Assembly: GCF_009914755.1 (NCBI RefSeq)
Contig: NC_060930.1
Source: the human T2T-CHM13v2.0 reference genome, Homo sapiens
Strand: one strand, 5' to 3'
Length of the DNA: 64,000 nt
Positions 26,751 to 42,290 of the stretch are shown in pieces. A program made the translations under genes and the position numbers. Every line of letters starts with the position of its first letter. Position 1 is the first letter of the stretch. The notes beneath the pieces are model-generated. The model did no database searches. It was not told the origin of the DNA and saw only the letters and a program-made list of their open reading frames with translations.

Positions 26751-28687
26751 AGGAATGAAAAGGCAGACAGAGCATTCTTCGGGGCAGGTGGACCATCAGA
26801 AGCAGAGGCCTGGCAGATGGGAAGCTGGGGGGATTTAGAGACTGGCCTCGGGGGAAATGGAACTGAAAATGGCAGGGCCGGAGGGAGGGAACAAAGATGA
26901 GGTGGGCGAGACAGGCTGGGCCAGCCCAAAAGGGCTTCCAAGGCCATGCCAACCTGAGAGCCTCAGGGGTATCTGCCTCCTTCTCCCAGGCCCCCCTGCC
27001 ACAAACCCCACCTGTCCATGGTGAAGTATACTTGTGAGGTCATCCCTCCCTGCCAGCCTGGCTCCCTGCCCACCCACTACCTCAGCTGCCACACTGGATT
27101 TAAATCCCTGAGTTGAATTTCCGGGGTTTAGGGGGCTTTCATCCTGAGCAAGCATGAAGTGAAGCCATAGTCCCTGGCTCCCATGCCTGCAGTTCATCCG
27201 GCACGTCTCTCCAGGGCCCTGAGTATCACCTGGGACACCTGGCTGCCTCCTACACTCCACCTGCCACATCCACCTCCTCACCTGCCCCCATGGGGAGCTC
27301 ACCTGAGCACCTGTCTTTCCCATGATAACCGCTCCAATTAGGAAGGGCCTCCCACCTCCTGCTCCTCACCACCCAGCACCCAAGGCTGCACTGTCGCATC
27401 TCCTCATGGAGAGAGGCCACTGGAAATACATAGATGCAGCCAGGTAAGCAGCCCCAAGATCTCACATCCAACCAGCCACCAGCGAGACATAGTATATGAA
27501 AGATGCGAGGGCCCCTTGGGTGATGACCTAGCCATTGAATGCCAGGCTTCAAAGACTAATCAAGGATATTGGAACATGCTCACCACTGTAGTCTAGTGGA
27601 CAAAAGCTGGCTACAGAACCATATAGATGCTGTGATCTCAATTTGGTAAATTACACAGAAAAAGGGCTGGAAGGAAATACACACATGTATCAAGGTTGCC
27701 ATCCTGGATAGCAGAATGAATGAGCAATTTCAAATTGCTTCTTTATGCTTTGCTGTTTTCTTCCAAATCTGTGACAAACATGCTGGCTTTTATAGCCACC
27801 ATAACAGGAAGGGGCTAAGGGACATCGAGCCACACTCACACAGGGACCCATGGCTGCCTGTTCCGTGCTTAATGGGATAGAGCAAGGGCTGACCTGATTC
27901 CAGCCTGCAAAGCACCCATAGGCTCCTGCACTAAGAGCTGCTGGACTAGGAGGACACACTCATGACTTCCAGGTGTGGGCAGGGGCAGGGCACTGTGCTG
28001 GGGGGCTGGGACCCTGATTCGAAGCCCAGCTCTGATTCTAACTGGCTGAGGTGGCCCCCCACACATTAACTTCTCTGGGCCTCAGTTTCCTCATCTGTAA
28101 AAAAGCCGTCCTGACCGCGTTGTAGGACTCTTGTGTGGAATGATCAAGAAGTGACTGTGAAAGCCTGTAAATTGTGAGCTATTAGGATTTATCCCTGAGT
28201 TCCCTATTACTGTTCTCCACCAGGCCCTCTGTCCCATTGCAGTTTCTAAGAAATGCCCAGAAGCCGCCTACAGCAGGCATCTGAGAGTCCTGAAAACTGT
28301 GGGCCATCCTCACATGCTAATTCCCAAGGTGCACATAAAATATGCATTTTTTAATTGAACTGGAAAGCAAACAAAAGCAAAGGAAAAACCCACCTCCTGG
28401 TTCAACAGCAAAATTGAGGGCCTGTCACACATCTTCAGTAAACATTTACCAAATGAATACAACTGTACAAACTGGAACCAAACCCACTAACTTAATCTCT
28501 CATGAAGATTAAAATGTTCATGGTTGAATCAGGTACTCGCTGCTAACTTCCAGTAGGTTCTCTGCCTCATTTCTTTTAGGAGCAGAGATTTGTTTTCCTA
28601 TATTGACAACTCTCTGTTAAAACAAATAAAAATATGTGATTCATCCCTCTAGATTCCGTGGAGATCCACAAAAGAAACAGATGATGA

Positions 28688-29660
<973 letters not shown>

Positions 29661-30307
29661 AATACCGTAACTTAGAAGAATGACCAAAGATTTTGCATCT
29701 GTGGGGTTGAAGGGTAAGCCAGGCCTGGGGAACCCAGTCTCCTCCAAGGCCACTGAATAAAGGCTCATTCAGGAGAGAGAGAAACCCATCTTTGAAGGAG
29801 ACCCTCAGGCACCCCTCTCCAGCATGCACACTCTTTCCCTCCACGAGGCCTCAGCACAGGGCCTGGGGCTCCCTGGCCCAGGGCTGGGAGGTGAGGGAGG
29901 AAGTCCTGGCCCAGGCTGATCAGCCAGGTCCTGTGGGGGTGAGGGAGGCAAGGAAGGCAGGTGAGGGCTCCTGGCTTCCCCTTCTTTCCCCCTGTTGGGT
30001 TTGTTGTACTTTCCTAATTGATTTTGTGTCTGTGTCCCTGGGATACTTAGGACCATCTTAGAAAACCACTTAAGGAATTTAAAATAATCAAAGTACTTAC
30101 AAGGCACTTAACATTTCCTCGCACTTCAGGCTTCTCAAAAACCTCCTTCCAGCAGCAACCAGAGACCTGGCTGTCAGGAGCTACCAATTCGGGCAGGAAG
30201 ACACCTTTGTCAGGTCCCCAGCTCCTGCCACATCACCCCCTAAGCCCCAGCAGCCTCCCAGGAGCAGGATAGCCAACCTCCACACACGAGCACATCATGC
30301 CCTCTCT

Positions 30308-30467
30308 CAGGGCGCGCCACAACACCTGGCCAAATTTTTCTGTATTTTTAATAGAGACAGGGTTTCATTGTGTTAGCCAGGGTGGTCTCGATCTCCTGAC
30401 CTTGTGATCCGCCCACCTCGGCCTCCCAAAGTGCTTGGATTACAGGCATGAGCCACTGCGCCCAGCC
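30308..30467 (-). mobile_element. Partial Alu (left arm, linker and ~25 bp of right arm; Sc/Y-like)
   Basis: tgttagccagggtggtctcgatctcctgaccttgtgatccgccc. Most of the right arm and the poly(A) are absent. Confidence 0.9.
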
Positions 30468-32299
30468 TGCAAAGTTTTCTTTCTTAAACAATTTTGAAAC
30501 TGTTACTGGAAGATATCAATATGTGGCCAGGTCTTGGGTACAGGCTAATTCATTATATTATCCTCTATAATTTTCCATATGTTTTAAATCATTTATTAAG
30601 ATACGTGCACACCTTGGTGAAAGAGAGTAAGCCCTTCATGACGGACCCACATTGAACATGCCACTCATTTTCAATAAAGTAAAAGGCGGCGTGGTGAGAG
30701 CTGCACACACTCCACTTCCTGCTGAAGTCTCCTCTCAGAACAGTCCTGACCCCGGAAACCACTCACCCTCACACACCGCCCCCCAGTCCTAAGCCTCAGA
30801 CTCCTTCCCTGGCTAGGGTCTCCCAGCTGGAATTCATTCCCTGGGATTAAGGGTTGTTCTCTTCCAGCTGCTCTGCTGTGGGGACCTCACTGGACTCCCT
30901 GACAGCTTCCAGAGCCTGAGCTGGGAAGGAGAGAGAAGACTGCACTGAACATAAACACCACCCTCTCCAGGGCCCTGACAGAGGTTAATGCTGCCCATCC
31001 TCCCCTCGGCCACAACCCCAGGGACAGAGAACGTGGCAAGTGCTACCTCTGTCCGCTCCCATTAGGGCTCCCATTAGGGCCCCGCTCTACCCAGCCAGAG
31101 CTCCCCCTCCAGGAGATTTCAACTCTGATAGTTTTCAATCCCTCTTCGCCCTGGAGGTGGCTGGAGACCAGGAGCAGGCAGCACCTTCGAGGCAGATCCC
31201 CGCTCAGGGCACCTCTGCTGGGCCAGGGCCAGGGCTGAGCAGAGCATCCCTCCTCCTGGGGCACCACCTCTTAGCAAACCCCAGGGAGAAACTGAGGCCT
31301 GGAGACAACTGAGGTCCAGGAATGAAGGAATGGGAGGAGGGACAGGAAGGAGAATCCAGCCTTCTCCTCACACATGGGCCCACTTTACAACACCTCCTGT
31401 TTCCTGAGGGCCTGCGATGTGCCAGGCACTGAGCTAATCACCTTGTGCTGTTCCACCCTACCCACAGGCAAGGAGAGCAGGGCCCTGAGCAGTGCCAAGA
31501 CTTGTGGTGGGATTGAGGGGCACCCTGAGTCGGAGGGAGGGGTCTGGGTGGGGCGGGTGCCCACCAGGAAGTGCTCAGTACTGAGATGCCCGAGGCCGTA
31601 ATCAAGGTATGAGGCAGGCGGGCAAGCAGGTGGGCAGCCAAGTAGGAGAGAGGCTGGGATGTGTCCCACAGGGAACAGGTGGGCTTGACAGCCGTTCTGC
31701 CTCCAGCCCTTAACCACAGGCCACCAAGGCTGAGGCTGTCCCACACCACCCAAACAGAGAGGGAGCCCCAACACTCTCTCTCTGTGCTTGGGTGGTGTGG
31801 GACAACAAGGCGTCCAACAGGCACCAGGGGGAAGAAAGAGATGGGGTGGAGGACATGAGAGGGGAACAGAAAGCCACAGTCAGACAGAAGGAGGCAGGAA
31901 GCTGGGGATAGACAGACAGGGAAAGAGGGGACAAAACTGTGTTCCGGCTCCCCTCCCCGCAACAGCGCTGCGGGCCACCACTCTCCACACGGAACCAAGC
32001 ATAGAGGCCGGCCCTGCCTCTCCTCACTGCCCCCAGCCCAGGCCTCGAGTGAGTGGCAAGCATAAAGGTCAATTGGAATATAAAGCAGAATTTGCTTTCC
32101 TTTCATTTCCAACATGTCTGGGTCATAAAAATGCTAGTTTAGAAAGTCGGGAGAAAAATGAAGGCACATGGTTCATTCAGCGGTGGGCGGGGGGTGGGGG
32201 GGGCAGCTAACCCTGCAGACTAAGGGGGGTCCACCCCTGCTGCGGGCACCATCCTGTTCCTCAGTTCCACACCAAGGCCCCGGGCTGGCGGCTTCCCCG

Positions 32300-32302
<3 letters not shown>

Positions 32303-32335
<33 letters not shown>
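32303..32335. repeat. (TGTC)8 tetranucleotide repeat
   Basis: Direct inspection. Confidence 0.95.
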
Positions 32336-32337
<2 letters not shown>

Positions 32338-34127
32338 GGGCCAGGCACTGGAAGTAGGGGGGGAAGACCAAGAGCGGTTCAGCCCAATCCTGCCCTCAAG
32401 AAACTCGGAACTGTGGGGAGAGACACGATTCCCGCAAGAGCCCCCACATTCCCTGGGAAGGTCAGTTAAGTCCTGCTGGATTCGAGTCAGTATGACTGCC
32501 CACAAGGCAGCAAGAAGGGCATTCCAGAAGGACACGGCCCGAGCAGGGCCAGGAGGCAGGCCGTGGAAGGCACAGAGCATGACGGGGTGAGGGGGAGCAG
32601 GGTCACCTCAGAGCCTCAAAGCCTGCCTAATCCTGTGCTCTCAGTTACAGAGAGGGCGGCCACGTTACCCAAGGTCACACAGCGAGTTGGCAGCAGAGGC
32701 AGGCCCCAAAAGCAGGACCTGGGCCACAGGTTGCTTCACTGGCAAGGGGAGACCCTCAGCCCTGCCTTGCATAGAGAGCCAGAGATCACCCCAGCGCCCG
32801 CAGCAGGGCCACCCAACAGTGTGAAGGGCCAGAGGACCCCAGGTCAGTAAGTCCCCATGCAAGGAGGCTCTGGCACACCTACCAGAGTCATCCTGTGGCT
32901 CAATGCAGTGATGTGCCCCTCCCCATCACCATGCTCCGTGACTCAGGCCACACCCCTCGAACGCCCCTTAGATGCTCCTTCGGCAGGAGATGAGGACAAA
33001 CATGACCGGGCCCTGTGTGAGCCCGCCACACTACCAGCTCCCACTGCAATTTTCACCTGCACCTGGAAAGGTGCACGTGATTCTGCCCATTTCCCAGCTG
33101 AGATGAGCGAGGTCCAGGAGGGTCAGACTTCTGGAGCCAGGATCTGCACCAACTGCCACATGCCGCCTCCAGAGCTGGTACTTTGTTCCACACTCCACGG
33201 TCTACACGCCAGGCACTGCCCTGGCCCTTGCTGTGCACGCATTTCATCCTCACAGCACCTATGAAGTGGGTGCTGCAGGCATCCCCATTTTACACACAAG
33301 GAAACGGGGGCACAGAGAGGCTTTCCCAGGCAACAAATGGCAGAGCAGGGGTATGAACCCAGGCCAGCTGGCCCCAGGGTCCATGCGGCAGCCACCACAT
33401 TACTGCCCCTCGGGGATCCCCATCTGGCTGGCCCTTCCTCTCTCTGGTCTCCAGCACCCAACTCTGTCCATCCTCAGGCTGGGGGCTGGGGGGAGTAACG
33501 GGGTGGGGTCCGAAGAGGCCCAGGAAGGCCCGAGTGTGCAAAAGTCATCAGGGTGGGAGCCCAGGGGAAGAATGAGCCTCTCACAGGGAGCTCTCACCTC
33601 CGTGGCTTCACAAGGGCTGCTCAGGGACCATCTGCCCACTTTATAGGTGAGGAAACAGGGGTCCCAAGAGACCTGGTGACTTGTCCTCCCACGACACCCT
33701 CTGCCAGCAAGAAGATCAGGAGGGGTTTGAAGGCCTTCTCCCTGATCCCCGGACTGTCTCGGACCCACATCTCAAGGTCCCCGCTCAGATCAACTGCCAA
33801 GCAGAGTCCTGTCCCCGGGGTCTCTGCACGTGTTACTGCCTCTGCCTAGAACACTCTTACAGCCACAGGGCGGCCCCTCCACTCCGTTCAGGTTCTGCAC
33901 AAAAGTCCGCTCTGAACAAGGCCCCCCCACCAACCCTGCCTAGACTGACATTCCCTCCCATGCGGCTCTCCAGCCACTCCTTGCTTTGTGATTCTGCAGG
34001 ACACTGCTCCCCTGACGATGCGCACTACATGCTTTGTCTTCCCACTGCCTGCCGTCTCCCTCCAGTGTGGAAGCCCACCAGGGCAGGGCTCACCCGAGTG
34101 CTTCCTGCGTGATAAAGTTCACTTCGA

Positions 34128-34283
34128 GGGGTGGTTCTCCACCTGGAATGCACCTGTCATCACTCGGGCAGCCCAGGCCCAATTTCAATTAAATCTGAAT
34201 TCCTGAGGTGGGCCGGGGTATGAGGCTTCTCTAAACTCCCCAAGTGATTCCAATGTGCAGCTGAGACGGACCGCTGCTCTAGC
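34128..34283. mobile_element. MER5A-like hAT-Charlie MITE
   Basis: gtggttctc...aattaaatctgaattcctgaggtggg...ctccccaagtgattccaatgtgcagc...ccgctgctctag. Confidence 0.7.
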
Positions 34284-34553
34284 AGTGCCGGGCATGGAGA
34301 TGGCCAGTAGGTTCAGTAAATGAACAAATAAATGCATGACTCTTTACAGATGGACAAAGTGAGTTCCAGATGGGAGACAGAAAGCCAGAAGCCAGCACTC
34401 ATGAACTTGAGGACCCCCCCCTAGACTCAGCCTTCACCTCAGCCCTTCCATAATGCCATGCATCACATCCAGAGGCCCCATCAGCTCCTACCTGGGCTCC
34501 AGGAGCCTCTCTAGGAGGTCTTCCCAGAGGCCCCCAAAGGCCTCCACACTTAC

Positions 34554-34810
34554 TTTTTTTTTTCTGAGACATAGTCTCGCTCTGTCGCCCAGGCTGGAGT
34601 GCGGTGGCGCTATCTCTGCTCACTGCAAGCTCCGCCTCCCGGGTTCACGCCATTCTCCTGCCTCAGCCTCCTGAGTAGTTGGGACTACAGGTGCCCGCCA
34701 CCACACCCAGCTAATTTTTTGTATTTTTAGTAGAGATAGGGTTTCACCGTGTTCACCAGGATGGTCTCGATCTCCTGACCTCGTGATCCGCCCGCCTTGG
34801 CTTCCCAAAG
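34554..34810 (-). mobile_element. AluY, 5'-truncated
   Basis: AluY-diagnostic cactgcaagctccgcctcccgggttcacgccattctcctg and ctcgatctcctgacctcgtgatccg. Confidence 0.92.
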
Positions 34811-35589
34811 GACGCTTACCTTTTAACTCTGCAGGAATGAGCCTGTTTGCCCATCCAGTCACCGCACGCTAAAGCTGACATCCTGCCTGCCTCCATTCCA
34901 AACCCCCCATACCTCAGGGTTCCCCTCGGAGGAAGCAGGCTTGAGAGGACTGCAGGGTGGGTGGGGCGCTCCCTGGAGAAGAAAACCAAGGACTCGAGGC
35001 ATCTGGGTCAGTGGCCAGCTGAGGCTACTAGGTGTCCAAAAAAAGACCCTGGGCTCACAGTCTTATCAACCTGCTGGGGATCCAGGAATCCAATGCTCCC
35101 CGAACTCCCCCATGACTGTGACAAGCTGCTAGGCTTGAGAGCAACTAGAGCAAAGCAACTTCTGCCCCACTGGCCCCAATCCACAGGGAAGGGCCTGCCC
35201 AAGGGCACGCAGAGGATTGGCTGCCAGTAGCCACGGGGGCTCTGAGCTTCCCCTCAGGGCTCCTGGGGCTGCCCAATGCCAGGGTTCCCCTCCTTCCACG
35301 TCCCTTCCCCTCTCTATTCAGGCTCAGGCCTGGCTCTGGTCTGGAGGTTCCCCTTCCCAGGCTCTCACCACAGTGGGGGTTTGGGGGAAAGAGAGACTAT
35401 CTCGGCAGGGGGCTTCTCTGCCCTCCCCTCAGGAGAACTGCCCCTGACAGTCACCCTCAGCAAGACCTACTTCGGACAACCCTTTCTCTCCATCCCCAGC
35501 ACCTCACGAGCACTCCAGCATCTATTGAATCCTATTCTGTATCCCTAGCCTCCCCTGAGCACCTCCTGAGGGCTTTGGGCACATTATCG

Positions 35590-35945
35590 CTTCTGCCAGC
35601 TGGGTATCATCACACCCATTTCACAGGCGAGTAAACTGACGCTTGTAGAGGCCATGCAGTAAGTAAGCATCAGGCCAGGTCTCAAACCCACCCCTAGCTG
35701 GTGGTCAAGAAGCAGGAGAGCAGAGTGGTGAAAAAAGGTAGATTCAGGGCCAGATGGCCTGGGCTCAAATCCAGGCTCCACCACTTACTAGCTGTGTGAC
35801 CTTGGGCAAGTTGCTTAGCTTCTCTGTGCCTTAGTTCTCAGTTCTGCAAAATAGGGATAACAACTGTATACCTGCCCCTGGGGTTGCTATGAGGGTTAGG
35901 ACCAGCCTGGCACAGGGTAAGTGCTATGTAAATGTTCCAATTATT
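35590..35945. mobile_element. Divergently oriented MIR pair
   Basis: cccatttcacaggcgagtaaactga (-), then ctcaaatccaggctccaccacttactagctgtgtgaccttgggcaagttgcttagcttctctgtgcct (+). Confidence 0.8.
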
Positions 35946-36399
35946 TCACCTCAGTCACCTCTTAGAGAGGGTCCCTCGTTCAGCCCCCACCCCCAACATT
36001 TACAGAGCAAGCCCTGTTGGGACAAATCTCTAATGACAGCCTAAAATGGTACATGGCAATCCCCCCTGACTAGGAGCAAAGCTTTAGGTGAAAGGAATTC
36101 CCTGAGTCAGTGGGGACCTGGAGAAGGTGTTTTGAGGGGAAGAAACATATCCAGGTGACCCTGGATACCACCAGTAGTGGGCACTAGTGGGCACTGGCTT
36201 GACCCAATGGTAAGGTAGGTCCAGCCACACCCATCCCCACAGCCAGGAGCTCGCAGAGAGCTCCCAAGACTTCAGCTCCCAAGACCAGCCCAGCTGTTGC
36301 TGCAGACATGGGGGCTGCAGAGGTCTCCCTCCCATTCCCCATCCCTCCATGAGTCCATTTGGCGAGGGTTTCCTGAGGGCCACCGTCTGCCTGCATCAG

Positions 36400-36712
36400 C
36401 TGGGAGTTCTATGGGTGGGGCGTAGAGCCTAGCGGGGGCCAGCTCTGTCTCTGTCTCCTCTACTCAGTTCTGTGCTTGTAGCTTGACAGCAGCCCTAGAC
36501 AAGACACAAGTGAATCGGCATGACTGTGTTCCCATAAACCTTTATTTATGGACACAGAAATTTGAGTTTCATATGATTTTCCAGTATCATGACATTATTT
36601 TTCTTTGTATTTTGTTTTTCAACCCTTTAAAACATAAAGGCCTTTTTTAGCTCATGAACTGTACAAAACCAGGCCAGATTTGGCTCCTAGTCTATCGTTT
36701 GCTAACCCCTGG
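36400..36712. mobile_element. MER58B-like hAT-Charlie DNA transposon relic
   Basis: tgactgtgttcccataaacctttatttatggacacagaaatttgagtttcatatgatttt...ccagatttgg...gtttgctaacccctg. Confidence 0.8.
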
Positions 36713-36749
36713 GCTAGAGGGGAACTCAATAGCAAAAAGGAAAACAAAT

Positions 36750-37390
36750 GTGTACATGACTGCAACTGTGATGAGCGCCATCAAGGAAAAGAACAGGGAA
36801 AGAGACAGAATAGCCAGGGGCCAGGGAGCTTCTCCGAAGAGAGGCCATTTAAGCTCAAGGCTGAATGAGAAAGATCCAGCTTCAAAGAGTGGGAAGAGAA
36901 GACTCCAGACAGCAAGGCAAGCAGGTGCAAAGGCCCTGCAGTTGGAAAATAGCATGGTGTCTTCAAGGAGCATAAAGAAAACAGTATGACTGGTGTGGGC
37001 AGTGCCCAGAGAGACAAAGGGACATCAGGGGCACCAGGTAGCACAGGGCCTCTCAGACAGGAAAGGAGTTCACATTTTAATCTAAGAGCAACGGGAAGCC
37101 AATAAAAGGTTTAAGCAGAGGGTTGAGTGGATTCCATCTGGGTTTTAGAAAGATCTCTCCGGCTGCTGAGTGAAGGTTTGGCTGTGGAGAGGCCATTTGG
37201 AGGCAGGGAGAGGAAAGACCAGGCTTCTGTAATGGGCTGGGTAAGAGACTATGGGGATGGAGGCCGTGAGGAGTTGTCATGCCCAGGACAAGTTCTGAAA
37301 GTGGAGCCTGCAGGGTGAGCTGACGAACAGAAAGACGGTGGTCAAAAATGCCTCCAGATTCCTTGGCCTGGTCAAGATGGGTGCAGTAGG
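36750..37390 (-). mobile_element. L2 fragment
   Basis: gcaggtgcaaaggccctgcagttggaaaatagcatgg...gggaagccaataaaaggtttaagcagagg. Confidence 0.8.
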
Positions 37391-37935
37391 GTGGGTGGGC
37401 TCTCTCTAGAGTTCCTCCTGGCTGTGTAGTGAAAACACATAAAGACACAAAGCCACGTCCTCGACAGAACATCTTGTGGGATCTAAGACAGTGTTCCCCC
37501 AGGGCCACACCCATAGCCCCGGCTCCAGAAGCAGCCAAGAGCCCAGGGGGCACATGCAGCCCAACATGGGACGAGGGGAGGGAACTCACACCGCCAGGCT
37601 AGGGGTGGCACATACAGGCCACCTCTGCTCCCCCTTCCCATGCCCCATTTCGTGATAGCAAGAAATTCTCATTACTCAAAGTTAAGTTGTCTGCTCGGTC
37701 TCAACACTGAGTGCTGCACTCGTGGCAGGAAGACGCAAGAGGCCCAGCAGATGGTGGGGAACTCTCCGGGATCAGCCTTAAAGGTCACCGTCTGTCGCTG
37801 CCTGCCCGCTCCATCCTCTTCCGCATCGCCGGAGTCCCTCATGCTGACTTAAGGCCCAGCTACAAGCTGTGCTGTGACATTTCCTGTGGGCTGACTGTGT
37901 GCCAGGCACCATGCTAGGCCTTCTTGGACCTTAAC

Positions 37936-38250
37936 TCTTTTTTTTTTCTTTTCTTTTTTTTTTTTTTTTGAGACTGAGTTTCGCTCTTGTCGCCCAGGCT
38001 GGGATGCAATGGTAGGATCTCGCTGACTACAACCTCTGCCTCCCGGGTTCAAGCGATTCATCTGCCTCAGCCTCCCAAGTAGCTGGGATTACAGGTAACT
38101 GCCACCACGCCCAGCTAATTATTGTATTTTTAGTAGAGACGGGGTTTTACCATGTTGGCCAGGCTGGTCTCGAACTCCTGACCTCAAGTGATCTGCCCAC
38201 CTCAGCCTCCCAAAGTGCTGGGATTACAGGCGTGAGCCACCACACCTAGC
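37936..38250 (-). mobile_element. AluS (Sp/Sq-like) inserted into a MIR
   Basis: gagtttcgctcttgtcgcccagg...gcaatgg. Exact TSD TGGACCTTAA at 37925-37934 and 38251-38260. MIR sequence on both sides (~37885-38410). Confidence 0.95.
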
Positions 38251-38577
38251 TGGACCTTAATTTTTAATCCCCGTGCTGTCCTATGAGGCTGGCACCATTA
38301 TCATCTCTATTTTACAAATGAGGAAACTGAGGCAGAGAAGGGTTAAGCAGTTTGCCAGGGTGGTCAGACCTCAGGCTGCCTGGCTCCAGAGTCCAAATGC
38401 TTACCCCCATGCTGTGCAGCGCCCCCTTCTCCAAGCCTTAGCTTCTTCCACTGCAAAATGAATAAAAGACTCAAAGAAATTATTTCTGGATCCCCCTGAG
38501 CTCTTACAGGTACAGAATTTGGAAACTGCTTCCCTCTGGGGGTGTCTCCAGTCTGCTCTTCCTCCCCCGAACAATGA

Positions 38578-38931
<354 letters not shown>

Positions 38932-41516
38932 TGACATGGTAAGTGGAGGTGAGGTAACTAGTGGATCAGGGATTCAAACCCAGGCCTGACTTTCTCCACA
39001 ACCTGGGCTGGGCCCACAACAGTGCATTGTACAGGCTACAACCACTGGGCTTGGGTGCCCACCAAAAGGTATTCTTCACACCCATCAGCACCCCTGTCCT
39101 GAAAGAATGGGACAAATTGCAAATGAAGGAAGGGGTGGGAGCAGGGAAGTTAGGGATAGAAGCTGTCAGACCTATGAGTTCCCAGAGTCAGGCCTTCTGG
39201 TCCGCAACAGAGGCCTGTTCAAGTCCCACTTCTGACTCAGCTGTCTCTTGAGCAGGCAGTCTCCCAGGAGTCAGGCCTGGGAGAGGGCACCCGGCTTTGA
39301 GCCCTGCCCTGTCATGTTATCAGGGTTCAGCCTCCACATCTCTAGAGCAAGAGGTTGGCCCCTTCCAGCTCTGAGCCTTGTGAGTTTTGCTCATATCCTG
39401 ACCCTGACTGCACTCCATTAGCATTCTCCATGCAGGAAATCACCTGAGTGCCCCCACACCCAGGGCTCCCCTCTGAGCCAAGCACCGGAAGTCCACCTCT
39501 TGCAGGAAGGAAAGCTATCATCACAGCCTCTGGTGCCAAGTTCCCAGCAGGCCACATTAACCCATCATTAGGGGAGCAGGGCGGGGGCTGCAGTGGTGCC
39601 CTTTGAAATGGACACCTGGTGGTGGGCGCAGGTCCCCTCCCCCAAGGCATCCCTCCCTCACCCTCTCCTTCCCGAGGCTCCTGCTCCCGACCTCCCTCCC
39701 CAAAGTTCAATCTTTTTGCTTCTGTAAATGGCTTTTAAGTTTCTCACCCAGCCTCTCATTTCTATCAGTTTAATTATTGAGGAGGCCTCTTGTCACCAGC
39801 CTGGAACATTAAGGCTGTTAAAAGGGACCCAGGGAATGCAGGCCACAGCCGGCTGGTTTTCTCCCCGCTGTCCCTCCCTTTCCTTGCTGTCCTGCTTTCT
39901 TCTCCACTCCCCAGGTCTCTACCTCCCGGTCCTGCCTTGCTCTCTGTGCAGCCTGAGGGGCTCCTGACCCCTGCCCCAACCACTCCATCCTGTGTTCTGA
40001 GGAGGCACAGACCAAACTGAGACCACACCATGCTCCTCTGTGGCCAGACAAACAGGGGACACCATGAACCCCCAGGATGGTAAGGCTCTTCACCCCAGGC
40101 CCCTCACCCCACCCTGGCCCTTCCCCATGCTGGGAGAGGTTAGCACAGCAGCTGCAGCCCACTCCCCTGTCTGGGGCACTGAGCGTCTCATCTCAAAATA
40201 TCTATGTTCCCAAGAACACACTTTAAGACCTAACTCTGAGTGACCATTCCTTGAGCCTTCGCCATGTACCAAGTGATGGGGCACTCTCAGCTCCTTTGGG
40301 CCTCTCCACCTCCCTGTAAAGTAGGCACTCACTCCGCTCTGGAAAACAGGGGAAGGGATCCTCACCAATGTCACAGGTTCAAGGGCTGGACCAGGCTGTT
40401 TTACCATCTTTCTAAAAGACCCAGAGTCACTAAAGGAGTTTAATTACAACTCAGATAAAGAGAATACAGCAGCCTCCCTTGTGGGGTGGCCTTCCTGGAG
40501 GCTGGGGATCTGTGCCCCACCCTGCCAGGCTGACAAGGAGGAGTCCAAGGCTTGTCCCCTCTGCTGGATGGCCCAGGCTGCCTCAGCTCCCAGGCCAGGG
40601 CCAGGAGGGCTGAAGTGATGACTCATCTGGCCTGAGCCATCACTAGGCCCTGGCCTGGGACAGCCCAGCCAGCTCCTCCTCTCCTTTTGTCTCCAGTCCC
40701 CACCATAAAACTGGGTGCGGTGGGAGGACTGAACCAGGCTACCATTCCCAAACCATCCTGCCAAAGAACTGCAAAAGATGATCACAGCGACACAGCCCCC
40801 GGGGATTGTTCCAGCTGCCTACCGCGAGGGCAGAAATGTTTTCAAGTTTCCTGCTTCATCTTCAAACTACGTACATCCATGTTCAACCACTGATCATAAA
40901 AAAATAAAAAACAAAACCATGTACAAATTTTGCAGTCTTCATAATGCATCCATTTGCTTTAAAATTAAAATTGTGTTTTCATCCAACTCATCAAGTAAAA
41001 CCAACACTCCAGGAAAAGCCCTATATTCGAGGCCCACAGAGCATACCAGAGACATGACTGCATACACAGGTGGGCGCACACGTGCTCTTCAGCCCCAGAG
41101 CAGCCAATGGCAAAAGTCCTGCCCCACCCAGACTTGTGACAGCACAACTCTGGCCTCCTCCCTTTGCCACTCCCGCTCACCAGCTTCCTCACCCCCACCC
41201 CAACACTGGGACCATCCTTTCCCTTCATCTCCACTTCTACCTGGGCCCCCAGACATGCCCCCAAGTCCTGATGCATCATGGGAAGTGGGCTAATGGCTTC
41301 CAGAAAGAGTCCCGGTGAGAGTGGTCCAGGCTCAGCTCTCCCCACCGTGCCTAGTGCAAAACAGCCTCTCTCAGTCTACTTCCTAGCCCTGGAGACTTTG
41401 GGGAGACAAAGGTCAACTCCAGAGGCCGAGAATCTGACACCAGGGTGAGGGAGGGACCAAGCAGCTTCCTCTGTGTCCCTTCCTCTTCCCTCTCCCCATT
41501 CTCTCCTCCCCTCCCT

Positions 41517-41568
41517 ACACACACAAACATGCACAAACACACACACATGCACACACACACACACACAG
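41517..41568. repeat. Imperfect (CA)n tract
   Basis: Direct inspection. Confidence 0.9.
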
Positions 41569-42290
41569 AGCAAACAAGACAGGCTCCAAGAGAGAAACGG
41601 GCACATAATTATTGGTAAAATGCTTGTAATGTTTTTCTCTCTACCCGGTAGCTTTCAGTTGTTTTAGCAGCTTAGCGAAGCACTTGGCTCCAATTGAATT
41701 GCAAATCAGCAGCTCTTGCCCCAGGAAGAGAGGAAAGGAGGCGGCAAGGAGGGGGCTGGGAGGGATTCCAGAAGGAAAGGGAGAAAGGTGTGCATGGAAG
41801 AAGGGCAGAAGGAAGGAAATCACAGAGGGAAGCTTGGTTCAGGGCCCAGGGCACCAGAAACAGAGACCGCCTACTCTCTCAGGCCTCAGTTTTCCCGTCC
41901 TCATCTGCATTCTCTGCAGGCTCAGCAGCCCCACACCCCATCCAAAAAATGAGGACACATTCTCCAACCATAATCTCGGGTAGGGCAGGAGGGCCACAGG
42001 GAGCTTCCTCAACTACCCAGAAGAAAAACATCTTTCTTGGGAATTGCAATTATATGAAAACAGTGTCAAAACAAAAGTCTTGCTTTTTCTCCCTGGCAAT
42101 CTCCAGCATTCATATTTCCATTCTTCTTATCTGTCTGTCTGTCTGTCTATCCACCTGCGTATCTTTTTATCTGTCTGTCTGCCTATCTCCTCCTCCCTCT
42201 GTCGTTCTCCAGAACATCCTTTTCCTCCTGGTACAGAATTCCCCAGAGAGGAGTGGAGTTGCTCACCGAGCCTCCAGCGGCAGGTGCTGT

